A stretch of DNA of 64,000 nucleotides from Eledone cirrhosa (taxonomy: Eukaryota), in the NCBI GenBank assembly GCA_964016885.1, contig OZ024741.1, forward strand, positions 178,250,001-178,314,000, written 5' to 3'. This document shows positions 1 to 12,959 of the stretch, piece after piece; the first letter of the stretch is position 1, and each line of letters begins with the position of its first letter. A model generated the notes under the pieces. The model was not told the origin of the DNA and ran no database searches. It saw only the letters and a program-made list of their open reading frames with translations. A program made the position numbers and the translations under genes.

Positions 1-2
1 GC

Positions 3-1673
3 ATCGCCTTTACCTTTGTAGCAGTTGACAATGATGCTACTGCACCAATCTTTTGGTATGGCCCCCTCTAGTATTACCTGGTTAACGATACGTGTGGTTA
101 TAGTGTGACCTACAGACCCAGATGCCTTCAGCATCTCGGCAGCTATACCCGATGGACCGGTTGCCTTCCCTATCTTCATATCTCTGATTGCCTTACTTAC
201 TACGCTGCCGCTGACTTGTACTGCTGGTCCCTCTATAGGGTCTACGTGGGGTAGGGTCTCTTCTTCCCATGCATTCTCCTCATTTAGTAATCTATCATAA
301 TGACTCTTCCATGCATCTTTCTTCTCAGCACTTGTGAGGGCAAGCTCACCTTTATCATTCCGGATACACTTCTCTCCAATGACATCACAACTATCTCTGA
401 CACACTGCCTCGCAATCTTGAATACCTCCTGTTTCTGGTCCTCACGTTGTAAAACATGCTTGAATTTTCTATCCTCTGCTTCCCTCCTAGCTAAGTATAC
501 TTGTCGCCTAGCTTCCCTCTTGGTCTCTATGTAATGTACCCTGCTCCCCCCGTTCTTCCATTCTTTCCATGCCTGTCTCTTGGCCTTGACTGCTTCATCT
601 ACCTTATTGTTCCACCACCAAGTCACTCTCCTCCTGCTTGAGGTCTTACTCCAGCCACAAACCTCATCCGTCGCCTCTAGTAAGTTATTTTTTAGGAACT
701 CCCAGTTCTCTTCTACGTTAAATGTCTCTATCTGTTCTTCTTTACTGTCGTAGGCGTTGAGTAAAATATCTTTAAATCTGTTACTGGTTGAGGGGACTTT
801 CAGCTTCCAGATCTTTCTTCTCCAGGTTGGCCTCTGTTTCAGGGCTCGTCTAGTTCTGACCGTGAGGTCGCTGACAACTAAGCTATGTTGGGATGTACAT
901 TCCTCACTAGGGAAGGCTTTTGTGTTTACGACCGTCCATCTGTCACGTCCTCTGATGAGGATAAAATCTAACTGACTAGAGTGCTCCCCTGATCTATAGG
1001 TGATCAGGTGGTTGTCGGGTTTTTTAAAGTTTGTGTTACATATCGACATGTCATTGGCGTCGCAGAATTCTAGAAGTCTGAATCCTTCCTCATTCCTTGT
1101 GCCAACTCCATGGCCTCCATGTACTCTATTGAAGCCGTCGCAGTGTTTACCTACGTGTCCGTTAAAATCTCCTGCAATGATTAGGAAGTCCTTGTCGTCT
1201 GTTAGAGCAGTAGTGTGTATTAGGGACTCGTAAAACCTATCCTTAAGTTCGTCTGGCAGCCCCGATTGGGGTGCGTAAGCTGATATTATTGTGGTAATTG
1301 TCTTATTCAGGACTAGTCTGAGTTTAATGATTCTTGCATTTACCCTGTACACTGAGATTACTTTATCTACCCACTTGTCAGCTAATAGTATACCTACACC
1401 ACCCATCCCATCGTCATTTCCCACCCAGAAAAATTTGTAGCACTGGCTTTTTCTTACAAGGACTCTAGCAGACCCTCCTCTCCATCTAGTCTCTTGCACA
1501 CAGCATACATCAACTTCCTTTCGCTCTAGCATTTCTACGATTTCTCCTGCTCTTCCTTTCATTGAGCCTACATTGATGGTACCAACTCGGAGTTTTGGGC
1601 ATTTGTCGACACTCGTAGGGGAGGGTCTCTGGGTTGGCGCTTCACGTGGGTGCTTGGTAGCTCGCAGATTCAT
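3..1673 (-). CDS. RTE-clade non-LTR retrotransposon ORF (APE endonuclease plus start of RT), runs off the window's left edge
   Basis: Manual translation from ATG at 1673: ...LRVGTINVGSMKGR..VDVCCVQETRW..IISAYAPQ..IIAGDFNGHVG..SQLDFIL..SQHSLVV..TWWWN..GKATGPSGIAAEMLK..IPKDWCSSIIVNCYKGKGD; no stop seen, and it is absent from the ORF track because it is open at the edge. Confidence 0.92.
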   Translation of the reverse strand, partial: MNLRATKHPREAPTQRPSPTSVDKCPKLRVGTINVGSMKGRAGEIVEMLERKEVDVCCVQETRWRGGSARVLVRKSQCYKFFWVGNDDGMGGVGILLADKWVDKVISVYRVNARIIKLRLVLNKTITTIISAYAPQSGLPDELKDRFYESLIHTTALTDDKDFLIIAGDFNGHVGKHCDGFNRVHGGHGVGTRNEEGFRLLEFCDANDMSICNTNFKKPDNHLITYRSGEHSSQLDFILIRGRDRWTVVNTKAFPSEECTSQHSLVVSDLTVRTRRALKQRPTWRRKIWKLKVPSTSNRFKDILLNAYDSKEEQIETFNVEENWEFLKNNLLEATDEVCGWSKTSSRRRVTWWWNNKVDEAVKAKRQAWKEWKNGGSRVHYIETKREARRQVYLARREAEDRKFKHVLQREDQKQEVFKIARQCVRDSCDVIGEKCIRNDKGELALTSAEKKDAWKSHYDRLLNEENAWEEETLPHVDPIEGPAVQVSGSVVSKAIRDMKIGKATGPSGIAAEMLKASGSVGHTITTRIVNQVILEGAIPKDWCSSIIVNCYKGKGD

Positions 1674-1917
1674 ATTTCATCTATTGATTCAGAGTTGCTC
1701 GTGTATTCCCAGCTCATCCATCCATAACGGTGGGAAAATTGAGGGCTAGAAGGACAGTGGTGGTGGGGTAATGGCAGGGTGTGTTGGGATGCGCCAGAGG
1801 AGGAGAGAGTTAGTTAGGCAGGTAGTAGCAGCAGCAGCAGTGGAAATGGCATGCTAGGTTTGATTGGTCGAATAGACTATGGTGGTGAGTGGGGGTGGGG
1901 GGGAGGGAAATTGTGAG

Positions 1918-3586
1918 GTAGGAACTGAGGGTCGCATGGTAAATATCCAAGTTAATACTACATCAGTAAAATTAACAATAATAACGTCATGAAAAAAGCT
2001 ACTAAGAGAAACCCTCGAAAATTTATCGCTAATACAGCAGGGAAAATTTAACGCTAATACAGCAGGGAACATCATAATATTAACGACATGAAAAAGCTAC
2101 TAAGAGAAACCCTCGAAAATTTATCGCTAATACAGCAGGGAAAATTTAACGCTAATACAGCAGGGAACATCATAATATTAACGACATGAAAAAGCTACTA
2201 AGAGAAACCCTCGAAAATTTATCGCTAATACAGCAGGGAAAATTTAACGCTAATACAGCAGGGAACATCATAATATTAACGACAATATGTAGGCTAAAAT
2301 ACCTTCGTAGATTAGGTGGATGGCTGGCTGGGAAAATTTGAATCAACTCTAGTGGTGCATTTTAGCAGAGAAGAATGGCAAAGTGTCTTATCTCTTCAAT
2401 ATTTTCAGATTGAATGAATTAGGTTAAAGACAGGGTAGTAAGCCTTAAAGAAGTGCATAGAGGGGGGGGTAGGAACTGAGGGTCGCATGGTAAATAACTG
2501 AGAGAGATACAATAGGATTAGAATACCGCATGGTAAATATCCAAGTTAATAAGTTAATACTACATCAGTAAAATTAACAATAATAACGTCATGAAAAAAG
2601 CTACTAAGAGAAACCCTCGAAAATTTATCGCTAATACAGCAGGGAAAATTTAACGCTAATACAGCAGGGAACATCATAATATTAACGACATGAAAAAGCT
2701 ACTAAGAGAAACCCTCGAAAATTTATCGCTAATACAGCAGGGAAAATTTAACGCTAATACAGCAGGGAACATCATAATATTAACGACATGAAAAAGCTAC
2801 TAAGAGAAACCCTCGAAAATTTATCGCTAATACAGCAGGGAAAATTTAACGCTAATACAGCAGGGAACATCATAATATTAACGACAATATGTAGGCTAAA
2901 ATACCTTCGTAGATTAGGTGGATGGCTGGCTGGGAAAATTTGAATCAACTCTAGTGGTGCATTTTAGCAGAGAAGAATGGCAAAGTGTCTTATCTCTTCA
3001 ATATTTTCAGATTGAATGAATTAGGTTAAAGACAGGGTAGTAAGCCTTAAAGAAGTGCATAGAGAGGGGGGGGGGTAGGAACTGAGGGTCGCATGGTAAA
3101 TAACTGAGAGAGATACAATAGGATTAGAATACCGCATGGTAAATATCCAAGTTAATAAGTTAATACTACATCAGTAAAATTAACAATAATAACGTCATGA
3201 AAAAAGCTACTAAGAGAAACCCTCGAAAATTTATCGCTAATACAGCAGGGAAAATTTAACGCTAATACAGCAGGGAACATCATAATATTAACGACATGAA
3301 AAAGCTACTAAGAGAAACCCTCGAAAATTTATCGCTAATACAGCAGGGAAAATTTAACGCTAATACAGCAGGGAACATCATAATATTAACGACATGAAAA
3401 AGCTACTAAGAGAAACCCTCGAAAATTTATCGCTAATACAGCAGGGAAAATTTAACGCTAATACAGCAGGGAACATCATAATATTAACGACAATATGTAG
3501 GCTAAAATACCTTCGTAGATTAGGTGGATGGCTGGCTGGGAAAATTTGAATCAACTCTAGTGGTGCATTTTAGCAGAGAAGAATGG

Positions 3587-3590
<4 letters not shown>
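1918..3590. repeat. Hierarchical tandem array: ~600-bp units, each with three 98-bp repeats that contain a 25-bp sub-repeat
   Basis: gtaggaactgagggtcgcatgg at 1918, 2469, 3075; catgaaaaagctactaagag at 2087, 2185 etc.; cgctaatacagcaggg at 2027 and 2052. Confidence 0.95.
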
Positions 3591-3621
<31 letters not shown>

Positions 3622-3644
3622 TTAATAATTATATATTATATTTA

Positions 3645-3721
<77 letters not shown>

Positions 3722-3872
3722 CATATATATACATATATATATATACATATATATATATACATATATATATACATATATAAATGTATATATACATATATAT
3801 ATATATACATATATATATACATATATATGTATATACATATATATATACATATATACATTTATATATATATAC

Positions 3873-3951
<79 letters not shown>

Positions 3952-3953
3952 TA

Positions 3954-4022
<69 letters not shown>
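3591..4022. repeat. (TA)n/(TATACA)n microsatellite
   Basis: Read directly; explains the YIYI ORFs. Confidence 0.97.
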
Positions 4023-4026
<4 letters not shown>

Positions 4027-4079
4027 GAAAGAGTGAAGAATAACATGGTCAACAGTACAAAAAAGGGGAATTTATTTAC

Positions 4080-4187
4080 AGTCTAACAATTGTTTCTCTG
4101 ATTGAGTTGTCTAAAAATTGCTGAACGCTAGAAGCAGTGCCACTCAATTTTAAAAACGATGCTACCTCAATCATGTCATCAGAGACT
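4080..4187 (-). ncRNA. Type I hammerhead ribozyme with long stem II (inverted pLTR copy)
   Basis: Reverse complement: agtct CTGATGA catgattgag...ctcaatcaga GAAAcaattGTT agact; stem I agtct/agact, palindromic stem III acaattgt. Confidence 0.7.
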
Positions 4188-5594
4188 TTTATAAAAAAAT
4201 ATATAACCGGCAAATCTACAAATTCAAATTACAGCATCAATAATAATATTAGTAATAAAGATAGAGAGAGAGAAAAAGAAATAAAGAGAGATAGATAAAG
4301 GAAAGAAAGAAAGAAAAAAGAAAAAGAAAAAGAAAAAGGAAAAGGAGAAATGAAAACAGAGAAAGATATAGAGAGAAAATAGTTGTACAGAAAAAGGATA
4401 GAGGAGAAATGACGTAAGAAAAAAAGAAAAAGAGGAAAAATAATGATATCAACAATAATTGAATAACTGTTAATACATTCAAATATAGTATACCTATGTT
4501 CTATGAATTCAGGTAGCTGGAGAATTTAAGAAAAGGTGGTATGTCCATCGACACTTTAAGAATAACAGGAAGCTCATAAATACAACAACTCGCGCCAATA
4601 AAATCTGGCAACTCAGAGATGCAAACGTGGAATATAAAATCAGCTGGACGAAGCTATCACAGCTATGTCCCACTGTGATCTTTGTAATATGCAACTTTTC
4701 CAAATTTTATTTACAACAAAATGCTACTTAAGAGTAAAATTAAAAGAACTAGGCATAAAACGGCGACCAAATTTTAGAACTTTAGACCAGCTTAATTCTT
4801 CTTATCTGTTCCATAACCCAAATTGTACCACTTAGATCTATTATAACATCACATCATCATCATCATTGTTATAATTGTCATCATCTATCAACATCAAAAC
4901 CTCTTATACTTACATTCTCTATTTCTCTCACTAAATTTATTTCATCTCTGGCATTTTATTATATCTTGTATCATTTTCACTTCGAATATAACATACAACT
5001 AATTAATAAAATAATTAATTAATTATATAATTAATTTATTAAAATAACCAATACACACATAAATATATTTAACATTATCATATTTATACCTTCGCATCTC
5101 TCTATAGTTTAACCACTTTCATTAATCTTAATATGTTTAAATTTCTTCGCACGTTTTTACTTATTTATTTTGATATTTTGATATTTCATATTTTGTATCA
5201 TTTTGTATCGTACTCGATGTAATTTGTTTATTTATTCATTTATTTATTTACATTTATTAACATTTATTAACATTTATTTACATGTATTAACATTTATTCA
5301 TTTATAGTTGATATCATTATTTTCCCACTTTTTCTTTTTTCTCTTACGTCATTTCTCCTCTATCCTGTTCTCTCCTCTATCTCTCCTCCTTTCTCTACAT
5401 CTTTTTTTCTCTATATATCTTTCTCTGTTTTCATTACGCCTTTTTCTTTTTCTTTTAATTTTAATTTTTTTCTTTCTTTCCTTTATCTATCTCTCTTTCT
5501 TTCATTTTTTCTCTCTCTCTATCTTCATTACTAATATTATTATTGATGCTGTAATTTGAATTTGTAAACTTGCCGGTTATATATTTTTTATAAA

Positions 5595-5702
5595 AGTCTC
5601 TGATGACATTATTGAGCTAGCATCGTATTTATAATTGAGTGGCACTACTTCTAGTGTTCAGCAATATTTAGACAACTCAATCAGAGAAACAATTGTTAGA
5701 CT
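5595..5702 (+). ncRNA. Type I hammerhead ribozyme with long stem II
   Basis: agtct CTGATGA(5600) ...attgag...ctcaat... GAAAcaattGTT(5697) agact. Confidence 0.7.
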
Positions 5703-5930
5703 GTAAATAAATTCCCCTTTGTTGTACTGTTGACCATGTTATTCTTCATTTTTTCAATTTTATAACTCCAAGATAAACTTACATAGGAATACAGGTTAAA
5801 TCATAAACTCGTCACCTATGTAAACCTCTTGTCTTGTTGAGTCAAACAAAGCCGTACGCTAAAACTATTCATAATAAGAAGTATTCACAACCTCTAACTG
5901 GATAACCTATAACGATATTTTGTTATCCCT

Positions 5931-6017
<87 letters not shown>

Positions 6018-6283
6018 GAGGGGGGTAGAACACTGGAAGTTCACCATACCGAGAACAATTATTTCACCTTAGCGGATATATATATATATATATATATTTA
6101 TTTATTAAAATAACAGATTAAAGTTTAAGCAAAGAATCGCTGCTTTCACCACTTAACGAGATCTTCTGAATGATAGGTTCTATCTTAGTATAAAAGTTTA
6201 AGCAAAGAATCGTGCTTTCCCCCTTACTGAGCTCTCTTTGGATTTTAGTCTTCAAATTTATTATTATTACTATATATATATAA

Positions 6284-6468
6284 GGCGGTGGATTGGCAAT
6301 ATCGGTAGAGGTTCGGACGCCATGCTTTCCAGCATAATTACGTCCCTTTACGATCTGAGTTCAAATCCCGCCGAGGTTGACTTTGCCTTACGGGGTCGAT
6401 AAAATAAAGTACCAGTAATGTACTGGGTAATTGCTGGCCTTGTGCCTAAAGTAGAAACAATTATTACT
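6284..6468 (+). mobile_element. tRNA-derived SINE (octopus-like family)
   Basis: A-box-like tggcaatatcgg, B-box gagttcaaatccc, core ggggtcgataaaataaagtaccag, (ATT)n tail; many copies in window. Confidence 0.85.
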
Positions 6469-6744
6469 ATTTTTATATTATATATATATATATCCGCTGC
6501 GAAATAAGGAAAAGAAAACGAAATCAGGCTATTGGTACAATAAGATTAATACCGAAATCCTTTATATATATATTTTAATATCTAGACTGATATGTGAGAT
6601 GAACAATGTACCATCATACCATTAAGTGGTATAAGGAATTGTATAGGGACGTGTTTTGTATTGGATTTGATTTACGCTGTTAAGAGACTACACCTAGACA
6701 ACAATAATAATAGAAAAGCTTGCATAAAAAATGCTAGAAATATG

Positions 6745-7813
6745 TATATATTTAAAATTAAGTATGTGTGTATGTGTGTGTCTGTGTGTCTGTGTATTAC
6801 CTATAGGGGCCTACATCTTACGACCGATTTTCATGAAACTTTACATATAGAACATAAAAATAGAAAATCTAGATATATAGAAAACACTCCCCGATGACTA
6901 ATCTCATAGATTAGTCATCGGGGAGTGTTTTCTATATATCAGTTTATCGTTTTTCTTTTATTCCGGGGTCATTCTGCAGATAAAAATCGATAGGGGGGGG
7001 GGGTCACCTTTTTTTAAGCATCGAAAAATAAGATTTTGGGCTCTAGCTCCCACATTTTGCCACCGATTTCATTCAAATTTTAAAGCAAAATAGAATTTAT
7101 CATTGCACATCCGGTATGGCTTTATATTTTGCATTTGTTGTTCAGGGACGGCGTGGCAGCCGCTTAAATATTCAAAAATACCACTTTTATACTCAAATTT
7201 CCACTTTTTCGGCTCTTGCTCTTACATTGTTCAACCTACTTTTTTCAAATTTTACACTACGCTAGATCTGATTATTTCACGTCTTAAAGTGACTTTACAT
7301 TTTGAATTCTATTTTCAGGAACGGTGTGGCAGCCGCTTCAATATTCAAAAATACTATCTTCTCGCTCAAATTTCCGCCTTTTCGCCTCCCACATTTTTCA
7401 ACCGATTTCGATGAAATTCGAAACTTCGGCTCCACCTCACACATAAATCAATTTATTTGGTTCAACTTTTATACTACGATAGAACCTATCATTGCACATC
7501 TTATAGATGGTCAAGGCAAAACGATGGCCACTGACGTCGTCTGAGCTTTTAGTTGTGTATTTTAGAATTCATCGGTTTCCAATCAGCCTGAGGAAATTTG
7601 GCTTAGTGTTAAAGGTAAATACCTCCCTCCCCCCATCATGCCCCTTCGTCAGTCACCCGCGTTTCTCAGTGATTGAGGTCATCACCACCCTCCCCCGTAT
7701 GGCCTGTGGGTGACCATAGATGAGTCATCGAGAAGCAGTCGCTAAGATCAACACCTTTTTATCAAAGCAGATATTATTTTACATACCCAGGCAACTCTGG
7801 GTACTGCTGCTAG
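6745..7813 (+). mobile_element. Non-autonomous Helitron
   Basis: 5' tatatatttaaaatt plus (GT/GTCT) microsatellite; internal degenerate repeats; 3' hairpin tacccag-gcaact-ctgggta (7784-7803) then CTAG|T at 7810-7814; 5' boundary approximate. Confidence 0.65.
6872..6940. repeat. Perfect hairpin, 33-bp arms, 3-nt loop
   Basis: gatatatagaaaacactccccgatgactaatct-cat-agattagtcatcggggagtgttttctatatatc. Confidence 0.95.
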
Positions 7814-10800
7814 TAAGCAATAACATGATAACGTAATATAATGTTGCACAGATGCACATTTACGTGCACGTGAATACATGTTGATCTATAGACAGGTATA
7901 CAAGAAATAAACACGTGTGTATAAAACACACATGAAGTTTTGTATTAATTTTTTCTTTTTACATCATTGGAAATGCTGACTAAATTCTAAAGCAATTATT
8001 CAATATTTTAGAATGGTGTTTCCAACTGAGCTTTTTACTTAATTTATCAACTTCCTTCATCAATTGGTTAGTTGTCTTTGAATGCATGTCATGTATTTCT
8101 CTGAAGTGGGTATCTTGTATCTTTCAATAACAACCAGCTTGACTTAAGTACTATTTTATATTGTTTTTTCCGGCTTACACTACCTCTCATTTCGGTGACA
8201 CAGCTGAATAAAACCAATTGTATGATGTAAGCCTACATTTTTACAATTTCAGCATACCTAAATATTCATCGTCTTTTATAATCATCATTAGATGTTTAGT
8301 AATGCACTTATTATTAATTGTTATTTAATCAGAATTACAAGTCATAACAATAAAGAGTTTAATTTGTAGAGTCATATTTTGATCGCAGGTCTCACGATTG
8401 GTCACAATTTATCAACAATGCACGAGTGCAAATAATTGAGTTCTATCTTACAAATTGGCAACGAATATCCAATTCTATTTGAGCATCACTTGTTGGTTAA
8501 AATGTTATGTGCAATTTCGGAAAATAATTTTGTGTATCAACATAATGAAGCAGGAACTCTATCGAAAAAGGCTTGTTCGCAATCAAATATACTTTAACGA
8601 CACTGTCCAATATACCCAATACCACTTCGTTTACGAGATGTCACTCTCGCCTTTGGAAACAAAAGGTTGTTATGAATGATAGTTGACATTTTCAAATGGA
8701 ATTTAGGTATACGAACATTATATAGAGTATGAAACGAATAAAATGAATGTTTTGATATGGTTATACATGGTAGTGAAATAAATGCGGCTACAACTTTAGC
8801 ATTTGACACCATGGAAATTGTGTGGATCATTCTGCTTCGTCCCCATTTTAACTTATAGTAAATATCACTAGAAATATGCTGCTATTGTACTAAACAATTA
8901 TCACCAATTAGAAGGCACACTAATTCTACGATGCTCTAATTACCATGGAAACACCGTATCAGTGGTATGTTAACACTGAAGGTATTGTATCAGATGTATA
9001 CAAAATAACAGCGCCATATCTAAATGTTTATAATTTAAACAAATCTATGCAACGAGTTTTTAAAATATTCATAGAACTCCACGAATGGCATGTTTTACAT
9101 TTTATTTGTTTCATAAACCTGACAAACTATTTCTAAATACAACTATAGCTGATCAGGTTTCGATTATGTTGTGGAACAACTAAAACAAAATGCGCAAAAA
9201 CAATATCTAGATTTCGACATGATCCTAGGTAATTAGATGTTTTATACTCCATCCTTTACTCAATTTCACAGTCAAATTAATCCAGCAAACACGAGACTAT
9301 GTTAGACAGGATTTCAAATACTATCTTTTCTAATATTAACACAGAATATCTTTATGGCATATCTGGCTTTTCGTTAGTTGCCAACATGAGACTTTTATTA
9401 TTTTCTTTTAATGATTTGGCAAATGGTGTAAACAGATGACATGAAAGTGATCGTTTATCATCAAAATTAAAAATACAGTTGGAAATAAAAATTAAAAATT
9501 ATTTTCATTGGCGCTTTATATGCTATCTTCATTTCATTCATTCGAAAAAAAAAACGGGGCGTGTATTTCAATTATGATCAGAAATTTATGGGCATGCCAT
9601 TTAAAATCCCACAATTTAAATTTTGACAATTTGAAAAGAAAATGTTAATCTAATAAACAAAGGATAGAATTTTATAAATCATTAAAAAAAAAATGTGTTT
9701 TCAAGAAAATCTTGATAGCATTGTAAAGGTTTCTTATGTAACTCAACTGAATTATTTTGACAATCTCTTTCAGTACCTACTGAATATTATTAGCATACGT
9801 GTAAAATCGTTATCATTTGAATAAAAATCAGTCTGAAATCTGTTTCTATCTCGTTATATTTTTCCCTCCATCACTTTTATCAGATTCATCATCGTCATCA
9901 TCACTATCATTTTTAGAATCACCTATACTCTCCCCCTCACCATCATCCCCATTCTCTTCACAGTATGTTCGGCTGGAAACATCACTGCTACCTAAAATGT
10001 GACAAGCAACATAATCATCATCATAACCATCATTTTCATTAGCACCACGTTCTAAATCATCATCAATACAATCATACTTTTCTTTCAATTCGTGCTCTAA
10101 TCATCATCAGCTGCATCAATGTCCTAATAATCTTATTAAAGATACACTCTTATTATGTTTCTTTTTTCTTTTTTATCTCTTCATTTTCTATTCCTTCTAC
10201 TTTTTACCAATTTCAAATTTTTTCTTCATTAACTACAGATGAGAATTGATTTAATAGATCTATGTTGTAAATTGTTCCAGCTATAACTAAGCCGTGTACG
10301 TTTTGGGTTTTTTTTTAAAATTAGATATATATAACATCACATTACTCAATGTGATCTACATTTTATTTCAATGACAATATGTAATTTTGAGAGTTTTTTT
10401 CTTTTGCTGGCAGGTATTGCGATCTCATTTTCTTCCGTTTTCAGAAATCCACTTGCCCTATGCACAATAATATTATTCAATGAATCCGTTTTTTCTCAGC
10501 TTTATAGCGTAATATGATACGTCCATTAAACATTTTTCAAGCGTGATATTTTATAACATAGAACCTTCCATCATTGTTATCCCCATCCTCATCAATATCA
10601 ACCCCCGCTACAATCATAATCGTTGTCTCCTCCCCATCATACTCTGCTAATATGATCTTCCCATTGTAGAAGAAAGCTGGAATTTATAGCTCCTATTCTG
10701 TACTACACCCATTCATTTAAAACCCATGAACATATTGTTTTCATTTCTCCATTTTATTACCCGTCTTTCGTGAATTCTTGAACTCGTCCTTCACATTTTA

Positions 10801-11500
10801 ATAGCTTTTCTACGTATGTGTTCTATATTTTATTCCTAGAATATGTCTCACCTTCATATCTAGTATGTTGCTCTAGTCGAACATTTAATCTTAGTTATTC
10901 CAGCTCTTGAGATGCGTTGTATTACGTCTACTTAACAACGGTGTTAATACAATTGATTGACAACGGTCTGAATAATACGAGTGCTATTTTCATGGACAGT
11001 TAACTTAGAAAGCTTGAACCCAGAAACAAAATCAGAATCATATTGGATATTTACACAGGATATACACATTCACACGCACACACACTGGAACTGTTTCATT
11101 CGGAGGAAATCATCAGTATATATATATACTGGTATACACCTGTTTATGGTGGGGTCGATACACTCACTTATATATATATATATCTATGTGTGTGTGTATT
11201 GAACAATAAAATGCAACAAACGTCAAAGATAGGTTCTAAATGAATTCGTTGTTTTACGATATTTTCAGAGGGTTGATTGATCATGGTAAGAATCCATAAA
11301 AAGCACGCATGGTAAATTCATATGTTGAGTAATATGTAATAGTTATGTCACTGCTTATCTCTTGTCTCGATATCTTTACTAGAAATAGGTGGTGACATTA
11401 CCACCATCTATGTGAATATATCGATTTACCATGATCGATCAACCCACTGTCGTAAAACAATGAACTTTTGTTTTATTTTCATTGTTCAACACACACACGC

Positions 11501-11532
<32 letters not shown>

Positions 11533-12451
11533 CCATATGTATATATATATATATAAATATATATATGAGTGTGTGTGTGTGTGCGTGCGCGCATGTGTGC
11601 GTGTGAGTGTATCTGTGTGGGTGCACCTGTGTGTGTGTGCCTCTGTTCGAGTGTGGCCTTTTATGGATTCTTAATGTATTTTTCTTCCGATATTCTATCG
11701 TAAATAATACGCAAAGGTAGAATGAATCTGAAAACCTTGATAACCGATTATATAAGAAAGGGTTCTGATCTTTTCCCTTCTCACTTTCATTTCAAAAATA
11801 CTAAAATGACAAACAATTATTCCAATGAAAATGGCACTTTCTTTGCCCTCATAATAAGAAGCAATCGTAGAATAGGCATGTTTCACTTCCGTTTCATATG
11901 ATGTGTTGCGTGACAGACCTAAGAAACTATTTCGGTTTTCGAAATTCTAAAAAATGATTTAGAAAAATTCGTTTCCATATAAGGATTCTACTTTAGAAGA
12001 TATGTTGTTTCAATTTTAATAATCATAATTTGAAGATCAAGAAATAAAATCCATATTTCGTTATTGTGGTTCGTTTTTTATATTTAACTATTTTTGTCTT
12101 AAATACCACACAAATGTATAATATATTGGGAAATGCTTATGCATGTATACTTTAGGAAAAAAGTTTATTTTCTCTCCGAATTCTGACGCTCCATCTTCTA
12201 GAAAAGGATTGCTAAAATTATCTGAAACATCTCTACAAAAAAATCGGAATCTCCATTAAATTTATTGGGAATAGAACAACATATCGCTGAGGAGGTATTC
12301 TTTATTTCTTAAATTAAAATATATAAAATAACAGTTGTTAAGATAAGAAATGCGTAAGTTCAGAAATTACGTAATGCAATAAAATAGAGGAAGGGTAAAT
12401 AAAATATAAGAAAGCAATCTTTATCTCTCTCTCTACACATATATATATATA

Positions 12452-12533
<82 letters not shown>

Positions 12534-12959
12534 GTGCGTGTGTGTGTGTATGAGTGTGTGTGTTTGGAAAGAGAGAGAGAGAGGGACTTTAATTACGAAA
12601 CAAAGCTCTTTTATCAAATTGACGATATAAGCTATCCCTATTTGCATTCAATTCTAAATGGGATATCAGTTTTATGTTATGTTCCATAAAATAATGAAAT
12701 AGATATAACCTAGCTGTATTTGTCGATATATGTTTCGATGATAACTAAAGAAAATTAGGAAGAACATACTATTGATTACGCCATTTCGATGAAAATATAT
12801 TGCTAAATATCGCTAAAATATAATGCATTTAGATAGATTCCATTCAGATTCCCTCTGCATTATATCAGAGAATATGAGACACACAAACGTGCAGTGTGTA
12901 GATAAGGCGTTTATATTTCAATTTTCATAAATGTATTATGAATCTTCTTGTCAAAGCTA

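Larger units (their letters stand above)
4021..5930 (+). mobile_element. 5'-truncated Penelope-like element: inverted pLTR (4021-4490), decayed GIY-YIG tail, 3' pLTR (5290-5930)
   Basis: 4021-4490 is the diverged reverse complement of 5290-5762; the spacer translates WYVHRHFKNNRKLINTTTRANKIWQLRDANVEYKISWTKL, similar to the GIY-YIG end of the 49-50 kb ORF. Confidence 0.8.

Noticed and set aside
1988-3490. Regularly spaced repeats resembling a CRISPR array
   Set aside because: The intervening sequences are identical rather than unique spacers; eukaryotic context; no cas genes
3629-4086. [12 protein letters not shown] ORFs here and at 11.4, 12.4, 19.1, 46.9, 53.4 and 62.9 kb
   Set aside because: Translations of (TA)n and (CA)n microsatellites
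6284-6375. tRNA gene
   Set aside because: A and B boxes only, no cloverleaf; it is the head of a multi-copy SINE
9846-10088. Acidic 80-aa ORF
   Set aside because: Consistent with a degenerate (GAT)n tract; no recognisable domain or clear splice context
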